Notes: a model not told the origin generated them from the letters alone. Positions 7,296 through 16,049 are shown, numbered from the stretch's first letter. The stretch: DNA of 19,036 bases from Planctomycetota bacterium (GCA_045863855.1 BTVV01000117.1:1-19036); one strand, 5' to 3'. Numbers and translations: made by a program.

Positions 7296-10200
7296 GCGTC
7301 CACAAAGAGATCAGCTTCGAGGCCGAGATCTGCCGGCACTTGAGCGCCCACGGCTGGCTCTACGCCGAAGGCGAGGCAGCCGGCTACGACCGCGCGCGGG
7401 CGCTCTTTCCGGCCGACGTGACGGCGTGGGTGCAGGCCACGCAGCCCAAAGCCTGGGAGACGCTCGTCGCCCACCACGGCGCCGCCGCCGCCGAAACCCT
7501 GCTCACGCGCCTGCGCGACCAGCTCAACCAGCGCGGCACCCTGGACGTGCTGCGCCACGGGATCGAGCTGCTTGGGCTCAAGCAGGCGCTCAAAGTCGCC
7601 GAGTTCAAACCGGCCCTGGCGCTCAACGCCGAGATATGGGCCCGTTACGCCGCCAACCGCCTGCGCGTGGTGCGGCAGGTGCGCTATTCGCCGCACAACG
7701 AGAACAGTATTGACCTGGTGCTCTTCCTGAACGGGATCCCCGTGGCCACGGCGGAACTCAAGACCGACTTCACGCAGAGCGTGTGCGACGCCGTGGACCA
7801 GTACCGCTTTGACCGCCTGCCGCACCCGAAGGGCCAGGCGGCCGAGCCCTTGCTGGCCTTCGAGAGCGGGGCGCTGGTGCATTTCGCGGTGAGCAACTTC
7901 GAAGTCATGATGACCACTAAGCTGGACGGGCCGGCCACGGAGTTCCTGCCCTTCAACCGGGGCGACGGCGGCGGGAAGGGTAACCCCGAGCACGCCAAGG
8001 GCGGGCATCGCACCTCGTACCTGTGGGAATCGGTCTGGGCGCGCGAAAGCTGGCTGGAGATCCTGGGCCGCTACCTGATCGCCCAGCGCAACAAGAAGAA
8101 GCAGATCGAGCAACTGATCTTCCCGCGTTACCACCAGCTTGACGTCACGCGCAAGCTCCAGGGGGCCGTCCTGGCCGACGGACCGGGCGGGAAGTACCTG
8201 GTCCAGCATTCGGCCGGCTCGGGCAAGACCAACTCGATCGCGTGGACCGCGCACTTCCTGGCCGAACTGCACGATACGAGCCACAAGAAGCTCTTCGATA
8301 CCGTGCTGGTCGTCTCGGACCGGAACGTGATTGACGCGCAGCTCCAGGACGCGCTCTTCGACTTCGAGCGGACCAGCGGCGTCGTCGCGACGATCACGGG
8401 CAAGGAAGGGAGCAAGAGCGGCGCACTGGCCGAGGCGCTCTCGGGGGCGAAGAAGATCGTGGTCTGCACGATCCAGACGTTCCCGCACGCGCTGGAGGCC
8501 GTCCGGGAACTGGCGGCCACCCAGGGCAAGCGCTTTGCCGTGATCGCCGACGAGGCGCACAGCTCGCAAACGGGGGAAGCCGCGGCGACTTTGCGCGCGG
8601 TGCTCACGGCGGAAGAGCTGAAGGAACTGGACGACGGCGGGGACGTGAGCGCCGAAGACGTCCTGGCCGCGCAGATGGCCGCGCGCGCCGACGAAAAGGG
8701 CATCACGTTCGTGGCCTTCACGGCGACGCCGAAGACCAAGACCCTGGAACTCTTCGGCACGCGCCCCGATCCGAAGCGCAAGCCCGCTCCCGATAACGTG
8801 CCGGCGCCCTTCCACGTGTACTCGATGCGCCAGGCCATCGAGGAAGGCTTCATCCTGGACGTGCTGAAGAACTACACCCCGTACAAGCTCGCGTTCAAGC
8901 TGGCCACCGAAGGCAAAGAATTGGACGAGCATGAGGTCGAGCGCAGCGCGGCAATGAAGGGAATCATGGGCTGGGTGCGCCTGCATCCGTACAACATCGC
9001 GCAGAAGGTCCAGATCGTGGTGGAGCACTTCCGGGCCTTCGTGGCGCCGCTCTTGAACGGGCAGGCCAAGGCACTGGTGGTGGTGGCCAGCCGCGTGGAG
9101 GCGGTGCGCTGGAAGCTCGCGATCGAGAAGTACATTAGGGAGCACGGCTATAAGATCGGGACGCTGGTGGCGTTTTCGGGGGAAGTGAAAGACGCCGAAT
9201 CGGGACCGGATGGCTTTACCGAGCGCAGCACCAGCCTGAACCCGAACCTGAAGAACCGGGACATCCGGGAAGCCTTCAAGGGCGCCGAGTACCAGATCTT
9301 GCTCGTGGCGAACAAGTTCCAGACCGGCTTCGACCAGCCTTTGCTGTGCGGGATGTACGTGGATAAGCGCTTGGCCGGCGTCCAGGCCGTGCAGACCTTA
9401 TCGCGCCTCAACCGCGCGTATCCGGGCAAGGATACGACGTACGTGCTGGATTTCGTCAACGAGGCCGGGGAGATCCTGGCCGCGTTCAAGACGTACCACG
9501 CGACCGTGGAACTGTCGGCGACGACCGACCCCAACCTGGTCTTCAACCTGCGCGCCAAGCTGGACGGGGCGGGGCATTACGACGAGGCGGAGGTGGAGCG
9601 CGTCGTGAAGGCCGAACTGGACCCGCGCTCGAAGCAAAGCGATCTGGTCAACGCGCTGGATCCGGTGCAAGACCGTCTGATGAAGCGCTACCGGGTCGGT
9701 CTGGAGGCGTTGAAGGCCGCGCAGGCTCGGCAGGACGAGCAGGCGATCGAGGCCGCCAAGGCGGAACTGAACGCGCTGGTCCTGTTCAAGACGGATATGG
9801 GCGCGTACGTCCGCCTGTACACGTTCCTCTCACAGATCTTCGATTACGGCAATACGGCGATCGAGAAGCGCGCGATCTTTTACCGGCGCCTCTTGCCGCT
9901 GCTGGAGTTCGGGCGCGAGCGCGAGGGGATTGACCTCTCGAAAGTGGTCCTGACGCACCACAACCTGAAGAACCTGGGCAAGCGCGACCTGCCGTTGGGC
10001 GCCGGCGTTGCGCCGAAGCTGGCGCCGATCACGGAAGCGGGCAGCGGGAGCGTGCGTGAGAAGGAGAAGGCGCTGCTGCGCGAGATCATCGAGAAGGTGA
10101 ACGACCTGTTCGAGGGCGACCTGACCGAGCAAGACAAGCTGGTCTACGTAAATAACGTGATCAAGGGTAAGCTGCTGGAGTCCGAGACCCTGCGCCAGCA

Positions 10201-10405
10201 AGCGGCCAACAACACGAAGGAGCAGTTCGCGAACAGCCCTGATTTGCAGCGCGAGATCATGAACGCGATCATGGGCGCGCTGGACGCGCATAACGCCATG
10301 AGCACGCAGGCGCTGAACTCGCCGGCGATCCAGGGCGGGATCAAGGACATCTTGCTTAACTACGCGAAGCTGTGGGAAGGACTGCGGTCGGCACAGAAGC
10401 GGTAA
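7292..10405 (+). CDS. hsdR: Type I R-M restriction endonuclease/translocase subunit R
   Basis: Nuclease motif DLVLFLNGIPVATAELK, Walker A HSAGSGKT, IADEAH, FTATP, TGFDQP and QTLSRLNR. GTGA overlap with hsdS. Confidence 0.97.
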   Translation: MSVHKEISFEAEICRHLSAHGWLYAEGEAAGYDRARALFPADVTAWVQATQPKAWETLVAHHGAAAAETLLTRLRDQLNQRGTLDVLRHGIELLGLKQALKVAEFKPALALNAEIWARYAANRLRVVRQVRYSPHNENSIDLVLFLNGIPVATAELKTDFTQSVCDAVDQYRFDRLPHPKGQAAEPLLAFESGALVHFAVSNFEVMMTTKLDGPATEFLPFNRGDGGGKGNPEHAKGGHRTSYLWESVWARESWLEILGRYLIAQRNKKKQIEQLIFPRYHQLDVTRKLQGAVLADGPGGKYLVQHSAGSGKTNSIAWTAHFLAELHDTSHKKLFDTVLVVSDRNVIDAQLQDALFDFERTSGVVATITGKEGSKSGALAEALSGAKKIVVCTIQTFPHALEAVRELAATQGKRFAVIADEAHSSQTGEAAATLRAVLTAEELKELDDGGDVSAEDVLAAQMAARADEKGITFVAFTATPKTKTLELFGTRPDPKRKPAPDNVPAPFHVYSMRQAIEEGFILDVLKNYTPYKLAFKLATEGKELDEHEVERSAAMKGIMGWVRLHPYNIAQKVQIVVEHFRAFVAPLLNGQAKALVVVASRVEAVRWKLAIEKYIREHGYKIGTLVAFSGEVKDAESGPDGFTERSTSLNPNLKNRDIREAFKGAEYQILLVANKFQTGFDQPLLCGMYVDKRLAGVQAVQTLSRLNRAYPGKDTTYVLDFVNEAGEILAAFKTYHATVELSATTDPNLVFNLRAKLDGAGHYDEAEVERVVKAELDPRSKQSDLVNALDPVQDRLMKRYRVGLEALKAAQARQDEQAIEAAKAELNALVLFKTDMGAYVRLYTFLSQIFDYGNTAIEKRAIFYRRLLPLLEFGREREGIDLSKVVLTHHNLKNLGKRDLPLGAGVAPKLAPITEAGSGSVREKEKALLREIIEKVNDLFEGDLTEQDKLVYVNNVIKGKLLESETLRQQAANNTKEQFANSPDLQREIMNAIMGALDAHNAMSTQALNSPAIQGGIKDILLNYAKLWEGLRSAQKR

Positions 10406-10476
10406 CGTATCTTCGAACGTGTTTGAGAAGCGGTCGTTAGTTGGAAGGATTTTCGCCGCGCGGTATCCTGCAAGGC

Positions 10477-10809
10477 ATGCGCTTCCGGCTGACCACCCTG
10501 CTCGCCGCGACCTTCACGGCCGCGCTGCTGCTGTGGGCGAACTTCCAGGAGCGCGAAGCCGCAGTCAAGAGGTGGCAACATGAAGCATTGGACGTAACGA
10601 TCCATACCACATCGGGTTCCGCGTATGGCTGGCCGGCGGTGGTATACAAGGAGAGCTACCTCGAGGATGGCCGGCGCATCTACCGGCAGCGTTGGGCGAT
10701 CGCGGTCAATCTCGCTTTCGGTTTGGCTGCGGTTGGCATGGTGGCGTACTTGGTGGAACGGCTGGAAAGAAGGAGAGCGCGACAGAATCAGGAGCGCTTG
10801 AAAGCATGA
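10477..10809 (+). CDS. Small two-TM membrane protein with MRFRLTTLL N-terminus (Planctomycete-type family)
   Basis: Likely ATG 10477. Sequence MRFRLTTLLAATFTAALLLWAN...YGWP...AIAVNLAFGLAAVGMVAYLVE has two hydrophobic helices. Confidence 0.7.
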   Translation: MRFRLTTLLAATFTAALLLWANFQEREAAVKRWQHEALDVTIHTTSGSAYGWPAVVYKESYLEDGRRIYRQRWAIAVNLAFGLAAVGMVAYLVERLERRRARQNQERLKA

Positions 10810-11006
10810 GATTCCGGCTGACCACACTCCTCGCCCGCGCCTTCCGCGGCGAACTCGTCCCCACCGAAGCCGAACTCGCCCGCCGCGAAGGCCGCCCCTA
10901 CGAACCCGCCTCCGTCCTCCTCGACCGCATCTGCGCCGAACGGACCTCTGACCCCTTTGAAAACGGGAAGCCCAAGCGCAAAAGGCGTGGTTCGAGCGAC
11001 CCCTGA
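10806..11006 (+). pseudogene. Chimeric ORF: MRFRLTTLLA leader fused to the C-terminal tail of a second HsdS
   Basis: LARAFRGELVPTEAELARREGRPYEPASVLLDRICAER matches the 'LAKAFRGEL...A..LLERI.AER' tail of EcoKI-like HsdS. The first 10 codons repeat the upstream gene's N-terminus. Confidence 0.75.
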
Positions 11007-11100
11007 GCGAGCGGGTGGAAACTTGATTTGCTGGGCGCCCACGGAGCGATTACATGGCCTCCAAGAGCATCAATAGTTTCTTCGAGAAGTCATTAGGTGT

Positions 11101-11184
11101 TACCCGCCGGACTTGCAGGATGAGGCCGTGCAGACGGTGCTCATGCAGGCGGAGTTATTGTCGGAGGTGTGGGCGGCGGGGTAG
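11101..11184 (+). pseudogene. Remnant C-terminus of a different HsdR (DUF3387-type)
   Basis: YPPDLQDEAVQTVLMQAELLSEVWAAG-stop matches the known 'YPPD.Q..A...VL.QAELL...W' HsdR terminus. In-frame TAG at 11074 and no start codon. Not in the ORF track. Confidence 0.8.
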
Positions 11185-11413
11185 TGGCGTGCGCCTATCT
11201 AAATCACGGCCGAATTTAGCGTTAGCATTCCTTGGTCTGGGCCACTCCCTACCATCCAGCCCCCAGGGCGCCGGCCCGGCAGGGTGAGCACGAACCCGCG
11301 CAGGTGGGCAGGTCGAGCGTTGAGCACCGCCGTAGCCGGGGATTCCCTCTATTTTCTCGATGGCCCGTGCGATAATGGTGCCGGAGTTTGAACCCCATTA
11401 CGTGGAGGCATCG

Positions 11414-11692
11414 ATGGCTACGCTTGAAATCACGCTTACCGATGACGTGGACGGTTCGGCCTTTGGCGACGGCACGCTCGCGCTGACGCCGAGATTTTAC
11501 GGCAACGGTCGCGAGTCGGCGCCGTGCGCGATGCTCACGGTGAAGAGCTGCGACGGTGCGGTCGCGAGCCGCTACCTGCTGGTCGTGAACGGCAGGAATC
11601 TCGCGCTGGAACTGGTGGATCGAACGCGGCCGGTCCTGTCGGCGGTGGACCGGCTGGAGGCGGAGATGGCGAAGGCCGCTGCTCCTGCTTAG
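11414..11692 (+). CDS. Hypothetical protein (92 aa)
   Basis: GGAGG at 11404-11408 precedes ATG 11414 (MATLEITLTDDVDGS...). Possible extended -10 TGcGATAAT at 11368-11376. GC-rich third codon positions. Confidence 0.65.
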   Translation: MATLEITLTDDVDGSAFGDGTLALTPRFYGNGRESAPCAMLTVKSCDGAVASRYLLVVNGRNLALELVDRTRPVLSAVDRLEAEMAKAAAPA

Positions 11693-11693
11693 G

Positions 11694-12092
11694 CTATTTC
11701 ATCCGGCGCGCGGAGGAGTCTTCGGCGAGCGCGAGCAGCGGAAGTACGGCGGCCAGCGCGTCCCGATCGCGGCGCTCCAGGATCGCTTCCAGGCGCTGCC
11801 GCGCTTGAGCCTCCATAGCGGGCCATGGATCCACCGGGCTGACCAGGAGTAGTTCGTGCGCTTCGACGCTCAGCGCTTCCGCGATACGAACGACGAGTTC
11901 AAGACCCGGCTCGGCCTCGCCCCTTTCCAAGCGTGTCATGTAACTGAGACTGAACGCCGCTCGTCGCGCCAGGTCCTTTTGCTTCATGCCCAGACCGGTC
12001 CGTAGCTCACGCACGCGGCGGCCGAAATGCTTCACCGCTTCGGCGCGATGCAGGGCAACCTTTTTTCGACGGGCCTTGTTCGCTTTCGACAT
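11694..12092 (-). CDS. XRE-family (HTH_3) transcriptional regulator
   Basis: FGRRVRELRTGLGMKQKDLARRAAFSLSYMTRLERGEAEPGLELVVRIAEALSV; GGAGAGG upstream of ATG. Confidence 0.92.
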   Translation of the reverse strand: MSKANKARRKKVALHRAEAVKHFGRRVRELRTGLGMKQKDLARRAAFSLSYMTRLERGEAEPGLELVVRIAEALSVEAHELLLVSPVDPWPAMEAQARQRLEAILERRDRDALAAVLPLLALAEDSSARRMK

Positions 12093-12265
12093 AACGATCC
12101 CTCTCCGATGAGATCGGCCGGAGAGGAAACATGTGCATACACACGATACTATCTATGAACATACATGATTGTATTCTTCGCGCCCGTAGTTACATTCACG
12201 GGTATCCAACGGGCTGATGGGCACCCAGGGAATTGCATCGCGACCGTTGAGCGGAGGCTGGGCCG
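12093..12265. promoter_or_regulatory. Divergent promoter region between the XRE gene and the LGFP-YkvA gene
   Basis: AT-rich core at 12127-12180 with repeated CATACA(C/T). Inverted repeat CCTCTCCG (12100-12107) / CGGAGAGG (12119-12126). Confidence 0.5.
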
Positions 12266-12928
12266 ATGAGCGAGATCACCGCGAAATGGGAAGCGCTGGG
12301 CGGTAAGGGGGGCATTCTCGGGGATGCGCTCCAAGACGAGGCCGCCTGTCCCGACGGCGTAGGTCGGTACCGCCAGTTCCAGCACGGTCATATTTATTGG
12401 CACCCGGAGACGGGAGCACACGAGGTCCACGGAGCTATCCGCGATAAGTACGGCGAAATGGGATGGGAGAAGAGCAGCCTGGGCTATCCCGTTTCGGACG
12501 AAGAGCCGGTACTGGGAGGTAAAGGACGGGTCAGCAGGTTCCAACGCGGCTACATTGTTTGGGACCAAGAGCGGAATACATACGAGGTTGTGGAGAACCA
12601 AGGCGAGTACGCAAAGCACTATTCAGAAGAGGGGTTCTGGGACACGGTTTACAAGTTCGCCATTAAGGCTGGACAGCAGGTTATTGAAAAGGCGTTGATG
12701 CTCTACTTCGCCCTGTTGGATCCGGATACCCCCGCATGGGCAAGGGGCATCATTATTAGTGCGCTCGGCTACTTTATCTTTCCCCTGGATGTCGTACCCG
12801 ACGTTGTACCGGGGGTCGGCTACTCCGATGACCTGCTGGTTCTGGCCGCGGCCCTGGTGGTCGTCGCCTTCCATATCAAACCGGAGCATCGGGATAAAGC
12901 CGCGCAGAAGCTAAAGGAATGGTTCTAG
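12266..12928 (+). CDS. Two LGFP repeats fused to a YkvA/DUF1232 membrane domain
   Basis: Two ~54-aa LGFP units (ITAKWEALGGKGGILG..FQHGHIYWHPETGAH; IRDKYGEMGWEKSSLGYPVSDE..FQRGYIVW), then DUF1232 (DPDTPAWARGIIISALGYFIFPLDVVPDVVPGVGYSDDLLVL). GGAGG upstream. Confidence 0.88.
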   Translation: MSEITAKWEALGGKGGILGDALQDEAACPDGVGRYRQFQHGHIYWHPETGAHEVHGAIRDKYGEMGWEKSSLGYPVSDEEPVLGGKGRVSRFQRGYIVWDQERNTYEVVENQGEYAKHYSEEGFWDTVYKFAIKAGQQVIEKALMLYFALLDPDTPAWARGIIISALGYFIFPLDVVPDVVPGVGYSDDLLVLAAALVVVAFHIKPEHRDKAAQKLKEWF

Positions 12929-13086
12929 ATTCTGGAGTCGGCGCACGTGCGTGGGCGTGTCCGCGACCGCGCCGCAATCCCGCCAAGCATGCGTCGGCAC
13001 GTGAGGAATGGGATCCGCTGTGTTCTCCCTTGCCTCTACGAACTCAGTATCCCATTCATGCTCAGGACTAGACTGGAGGTGTTAGA

Positions 13087-14424
13087 ATGGCCTCAGCATG
13101 GTTTTACAGCAACGGCAGCGAGCAATACGGCCCGGTCACGGACGAAGAACTGAAGGCTCTCGTCAAAGACGGTAAACTGACGCGCGAAAGATTGGTTTGG
13201 AAGGAGGGCATGCCGGCGTGGACGCCTGCCGGTCAAGTGCCGGGGCTTTTTGTAACGCCACCGCTGCTCCATGACACGGCCGCACCACCCCCGCTACCCA
13301 AGTCCGCTCCGATGGCAACGCAAGCGCGCAGATCTTTTCGATTCGAAGTAGATCCTCCCCAAGCAGGCACGGTTACTCCTGTTGCAATGCCGCCGGCACT
13401 AACTGGACCGCAAGCCCAAATGAACCGTCGAAGTCAGGAGTCAGCGCCCATTACCGTTGAGCCCGTGGTGACGAGTGCTCCAGCATCCGAGAAACCAAAG
13501 CCGAAGCCAACGCGGCCCGCTTTGAAGGTGAACGATGCTGTGATCGCTCCGTTCGTTTTGATCGGAGCCATTGGTCTTGCCGTTCTGTCCGGCCTGGCCG
13601 GCAGTCCTGTCGGATACTTGATTTTTCTTTTCGTGGCCCTGGTCTGCGGCGTCGCCTTTTGGGTTCGCGTCTCGATCTTTCTCTTTAACGCGTGGTCGGC
13701 GCTCGCTTGGAAACACCAATCCATTAAGCCCGGCCTTGCCGCTGCTTCACCCTGGATTCCCGTTGCCAATCTCGCGCTAATTTTCAAAGCCGTCCATGGC
13801 CTGTCGATCAAGTCGAATGAAGCGCTGAAAGAGAAGGGACTAAAAAGTGCGGCGCCAGAGCCGTTAGGTATTGCCGTTGGCGTCGCCTTTGTCCTTATGC
13901 TGCTACAGCAGTTGGCGTTTCCCAAACCAGGCGCACTGCTCTATTTCACCACGGCCGTTGTCGCGCTAACCACCCAATGGCTGGTCCGGCAATGCCAAGC
14001 CACGAACATCCTGATCGGACACGAGGACGCCCCTTCGCCGTCGCTTGGCGTACGAATAGCCGTGCTTTCGAGCGGTGCAGTGTCGTTAGTGCTGGCGTTG
14101 TTCGTCGGGGCCAGCAGTTTAAGCGGCCCAAAAGGATTTAGCGGGCCCGGCACGAGCAGCAGGCAGAACCTTTTTGGCGCCTTTAACCAGAGCACCGACT
14201 TGCAGGAAATGATCCAGCAGGAGGCCATGCGTAACCAGATTTTCGCCGAGCAACTGCGAAATATCAGGTACGCATACAGCGGAGGGCGGATTCAGTGGTC
14301 GTATCCGGCGCAGACACAGGAAGAAGCCCGCCTGCGCAAGTTGATCGAAGACGAGGCCCGGCGCAACGCGGACTTCCTGAACCAGTTGCACCAGATCCGA
14401 GACGCCTATCAGCCGGCGCGATAG
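13087..14424 (+). CDS. GYF_2 (DUF4339) domain membrane protein
   Basis: WFYSNGSEQYGPVTDEELKALVKDGKLTRERLVWKEGMPAWTPAGQVPGLF, a Pro-rich linker, about 6 TM segments (WIPVANL resembles DUF4328-like domains) and a helical C-terminal tail. GGAGG RBS. Confidence 0.88.
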   Translation: MASAWFYSNGSEQYGPVTDEELKALVKDGKLTRERLVWKEGMPAWTPAGQVPGLFVTPPLLHDTAAPPPLPKSAPMATQARRSFRFEVDPPQAGTVTPVAMPPALTGPQAQMNRRSQESAPITVEPVVTSAPASEKPKPKPTRPALKVNDAVIAPFVLIGAIGLAVLSGLAGSPVGYLIFLFVALVCGVAFWVRVSIFLFNAWSALAWKHQSIKPGLAAASPWIPVANLALIFKAVHGLSIKSNEALKEKGLKSAAPEPLGIAVGVAFVLMLLQQLAFPKPGALLYFTTAVVALTTQWLVRQCQATNILIGHEDAPSPSLGVRIAVLSSGAVSLVLALFVGASSLSGPKGFSGPGTSSRQNLFGAFNQSTDLQEMIQQEAMRNQIFAEQLRNIRYAYSGGRIQWSYPAQTQEEARLRKLIEDEARRNADFLNQLHQIRDAYQPAR

Positions 14425-14540
14425 TGCGCTGGATAACTTGCCGCCGGTTCGCCGTGAGTTGAAGTGGCTGGGCGTTATGAAATCATAGATCTCGATACGA
14501 GCGACGGCACGCACTTCAATCTCGTGGCTGTCGTATTCTT

Positions 14541-14590
14541 GAATAGCTGGAGCGATGCAGGGTGTGCGTGGCCCTGCATCGCTGCTGTTC
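14541..14590. terminator. Strong hairpin between convergent genes
   Basis: Perfect 12-bp stem AGCGATGCAGGG (14551-14562) / CCCTGCATCGCT (14572-14583), extendable by GAATAGC/GCTGTTC across a 3-nt bulge. No clear U-tract. Confidence 0.45.
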
Positions 14591-14737
14591 GACCGAATGC
14601 GGCGAGCGACTCAGTAAACAAAACCTCCGGCTCGGTGCTTTCTGCGGTGGAAGGGGAATTCGTTATGGGCTAACCCAGTCGCCTTCTTACGTTCGAATAT
14701 CGCGTGCTCCAGCAGCGGTTCCTGGTTCTACACGCGT

Positions 14738-15400
14738 TTAAGACCGCTGCCTGCTCTTCCGCGCCCGTTCGGCCGCATGCACGTACATCCGCTCCAGTTC
14801 GCCCTGCGCCTGCTCCAGCCGCGCCTTCAACCTCTTCACTTGCGCTCGCTCTTCCCGCGGCCACACCTCTGGGTCGGCGTCGAGTCGCCTGAGCGCCTGT
14901 TTGAGCCTTCCAGTGACGGCGCGCCGCAGGTCGAGCAGCGCGCGCAGGCGCACACCTGGTTTCAGGCGGTCCGGTCCGGCGGTCTTGGCGGCGCGGATGC
15001 GGCGAAACAGTCCGGGACGGTCCAGACGGCCCCGGCAAAACGCTTCGACTAGGCGGCGGCGTAGCCCAGATTGGCCGTGGCTATCGAGCGCCGCCAGAAC
15101 CTGGGCGGCGCGGAACCCCAACCCCGCTCTTTGCGCCGCCAGCACCTCGCGTTCGGCCCAGTGGCGCGCGAGGCGGAGCAGGTGCCTCAAAACGTGTTCG
15201 GTGGCACCGACCTGCTGGGCGTAGCGCCGCAGCGTACCTCGCCCAAACTCGGCGCGGCGGCGGCCCTGGGCGGCGTCGAGCGCGCGGCCGACGGACCAGC
15301 AGGAATGTAGGGTGCGCGGGCGTTTCAGCCGGACGCGGCAGCGGCGGATCTCGGCGTGGGTGAGGGGACGGCTGGGCGGGTCGGTTTGGGTGCTGGGCAT
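14738..15400 (-). CDS. Basic DNA-binding protein resembling the DUF1016/YhcG N-terminal domain
   Basis: CWSVGRALDAAQGRRRAEFGRGTLRRYAQQVG...LRHLLRLARHW resembles YW.IG..I....RA.YG...L..LS. C-terminal coiled coil; no PD-(D/E)xK domain visible. Confidence 0.55.
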   Translation of the reverse strand: MPSTQTDPPSRPLTHAEIRRCRVRLKRPRTLHSCWSVGRALDAAQGRRRAEFGRGTLRRYAQQVGATEHVLRHLLRLARHWAEREVLAAQRAGLGFRAAQVLAALDSHGQSGLRRRLVEAFCRGRLDRPGLFRRIRAAKTAGPDRLKPGVRLRALLDLRRAVTGRLKQALRRLDADPEVWPREERAQVKRLKARLEQAQGELERMYVHAAERARKSRQRS

Positions 15401-15581
15401 CCGGACGCCCCTGTGCTTTCAGGCCTCTGCTCTCACGTGATGGATTTTGCATGGTGCACAAATGGCCGATTGGTTGTAATTTTGTTCCTTAATCTTCTTT
15501 TTAAGAAGATAATCGCCAGCCTCATAAACGCCAAAAGCGCGTTTGTGAGCACTTTCGAACACCCCGCAGGGTATCCAGAAC

Positions 15582-16049
15582 ATGCGTATCCTCGCACTGG
15601 ACACGGGCACCATTACCGGCTGGGCGTTTAAGGAAGCCGACCACACCATCACCTCCGGTACGTGGGATCTTATCTCCCACACTGATCAGCGTCCCGGCGA
15701 ACGGCTCCTGGCCTTCTACCTGAAGCTCCGCGAATTCGACAAAAGCGCGCCACTCGATTTAATCGTATACGAGGAGCAGCACGGCCATTCCGGTACGGCC
15801 GCAGCCCATCTGTACGGTGCCTTCATAGGCATCATTCAGCTCTATGCCGAACTCTTTGGTGTCCGCTATCAGCCCGTCGGCGTACAAACCCTCAAGAAGT
15901 TCGCAACCGGGCGTGGTAACGCCTCCAAGGAGGAGATGATCGACGCTGCGCAAAAACGATTCCCCGCCATGCACATCGACGACGACAACCGCGCTGACGC
16001 CCTCCACCTTCTGGACTATGCGCTAAGGGAAATCGTATCGCCGTCCTGA
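15582..16049 (+). CDS. Phage/MGE-type RuvC-like Holliday junction resolvase
   Basis: ILALDTGTITGWA (first catalytic Asp), IVYEE (Glu), LKKFATGRGNASKEEMI and DDNRADAL (Asp pair). Confidence 0.9.
   Translation: MRILALDTGTITGWAFKEADHTITSGTWDLISHTDQRPGERLLAFYLKLREFDKSAPLDLIVYEEQHGHSGTAAAHLYGAFIGIIQLYAELFGVRYQPVGVQTLKKFATGRGNASKEEMIDAAQKRFPAMHIDDDNRADALHLLDYALREIVSPS

Noticed and set aside
5038..10350. Long antisense ORFs inside the hsd genes (e.g. 7019..9145, 5038..5961)
   Set aside because: Shadow frames caused by high third-position GC in the real genes.
5961..11006. Phase-variable hsdS shufflon
   Set aside because: The second hsdS piece has no TRD, is in the same orientation and of a different subtype, and no invertase or flanking inverted repeats were seen.
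11054..11287. 77-aa ORF MASKSINSFF...
   Set aside because: It overlaps the hsdR remnant in another frame and its Arg/Cys-rich sequence is implausible. The first codons might be another gene remnant, but I cannot support that.
12128..12153. Possible IS256 right inverted repeat (ATGTGCATACACACGATACTATC)
   Set aside because: It aligns to the left IR only with gaps, and no transposase C-terminus lies beside it.
14431..14675. Integron attC site
   Set aside because: The stem is perfectly paired without the extrahelical bases, there is no properly spaced RYYYAAC/GTTRRRY pair, and no integron integrase or cassette array is present.
15582..16049. Housekeeping ruvC or TnpB/Cas12-type nuclease
   Set aside because: No ruvA or ruvB neighbours and phage-type motifs. 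It is too short for TnpB and lacks the zinc finger and REC/WED regions.
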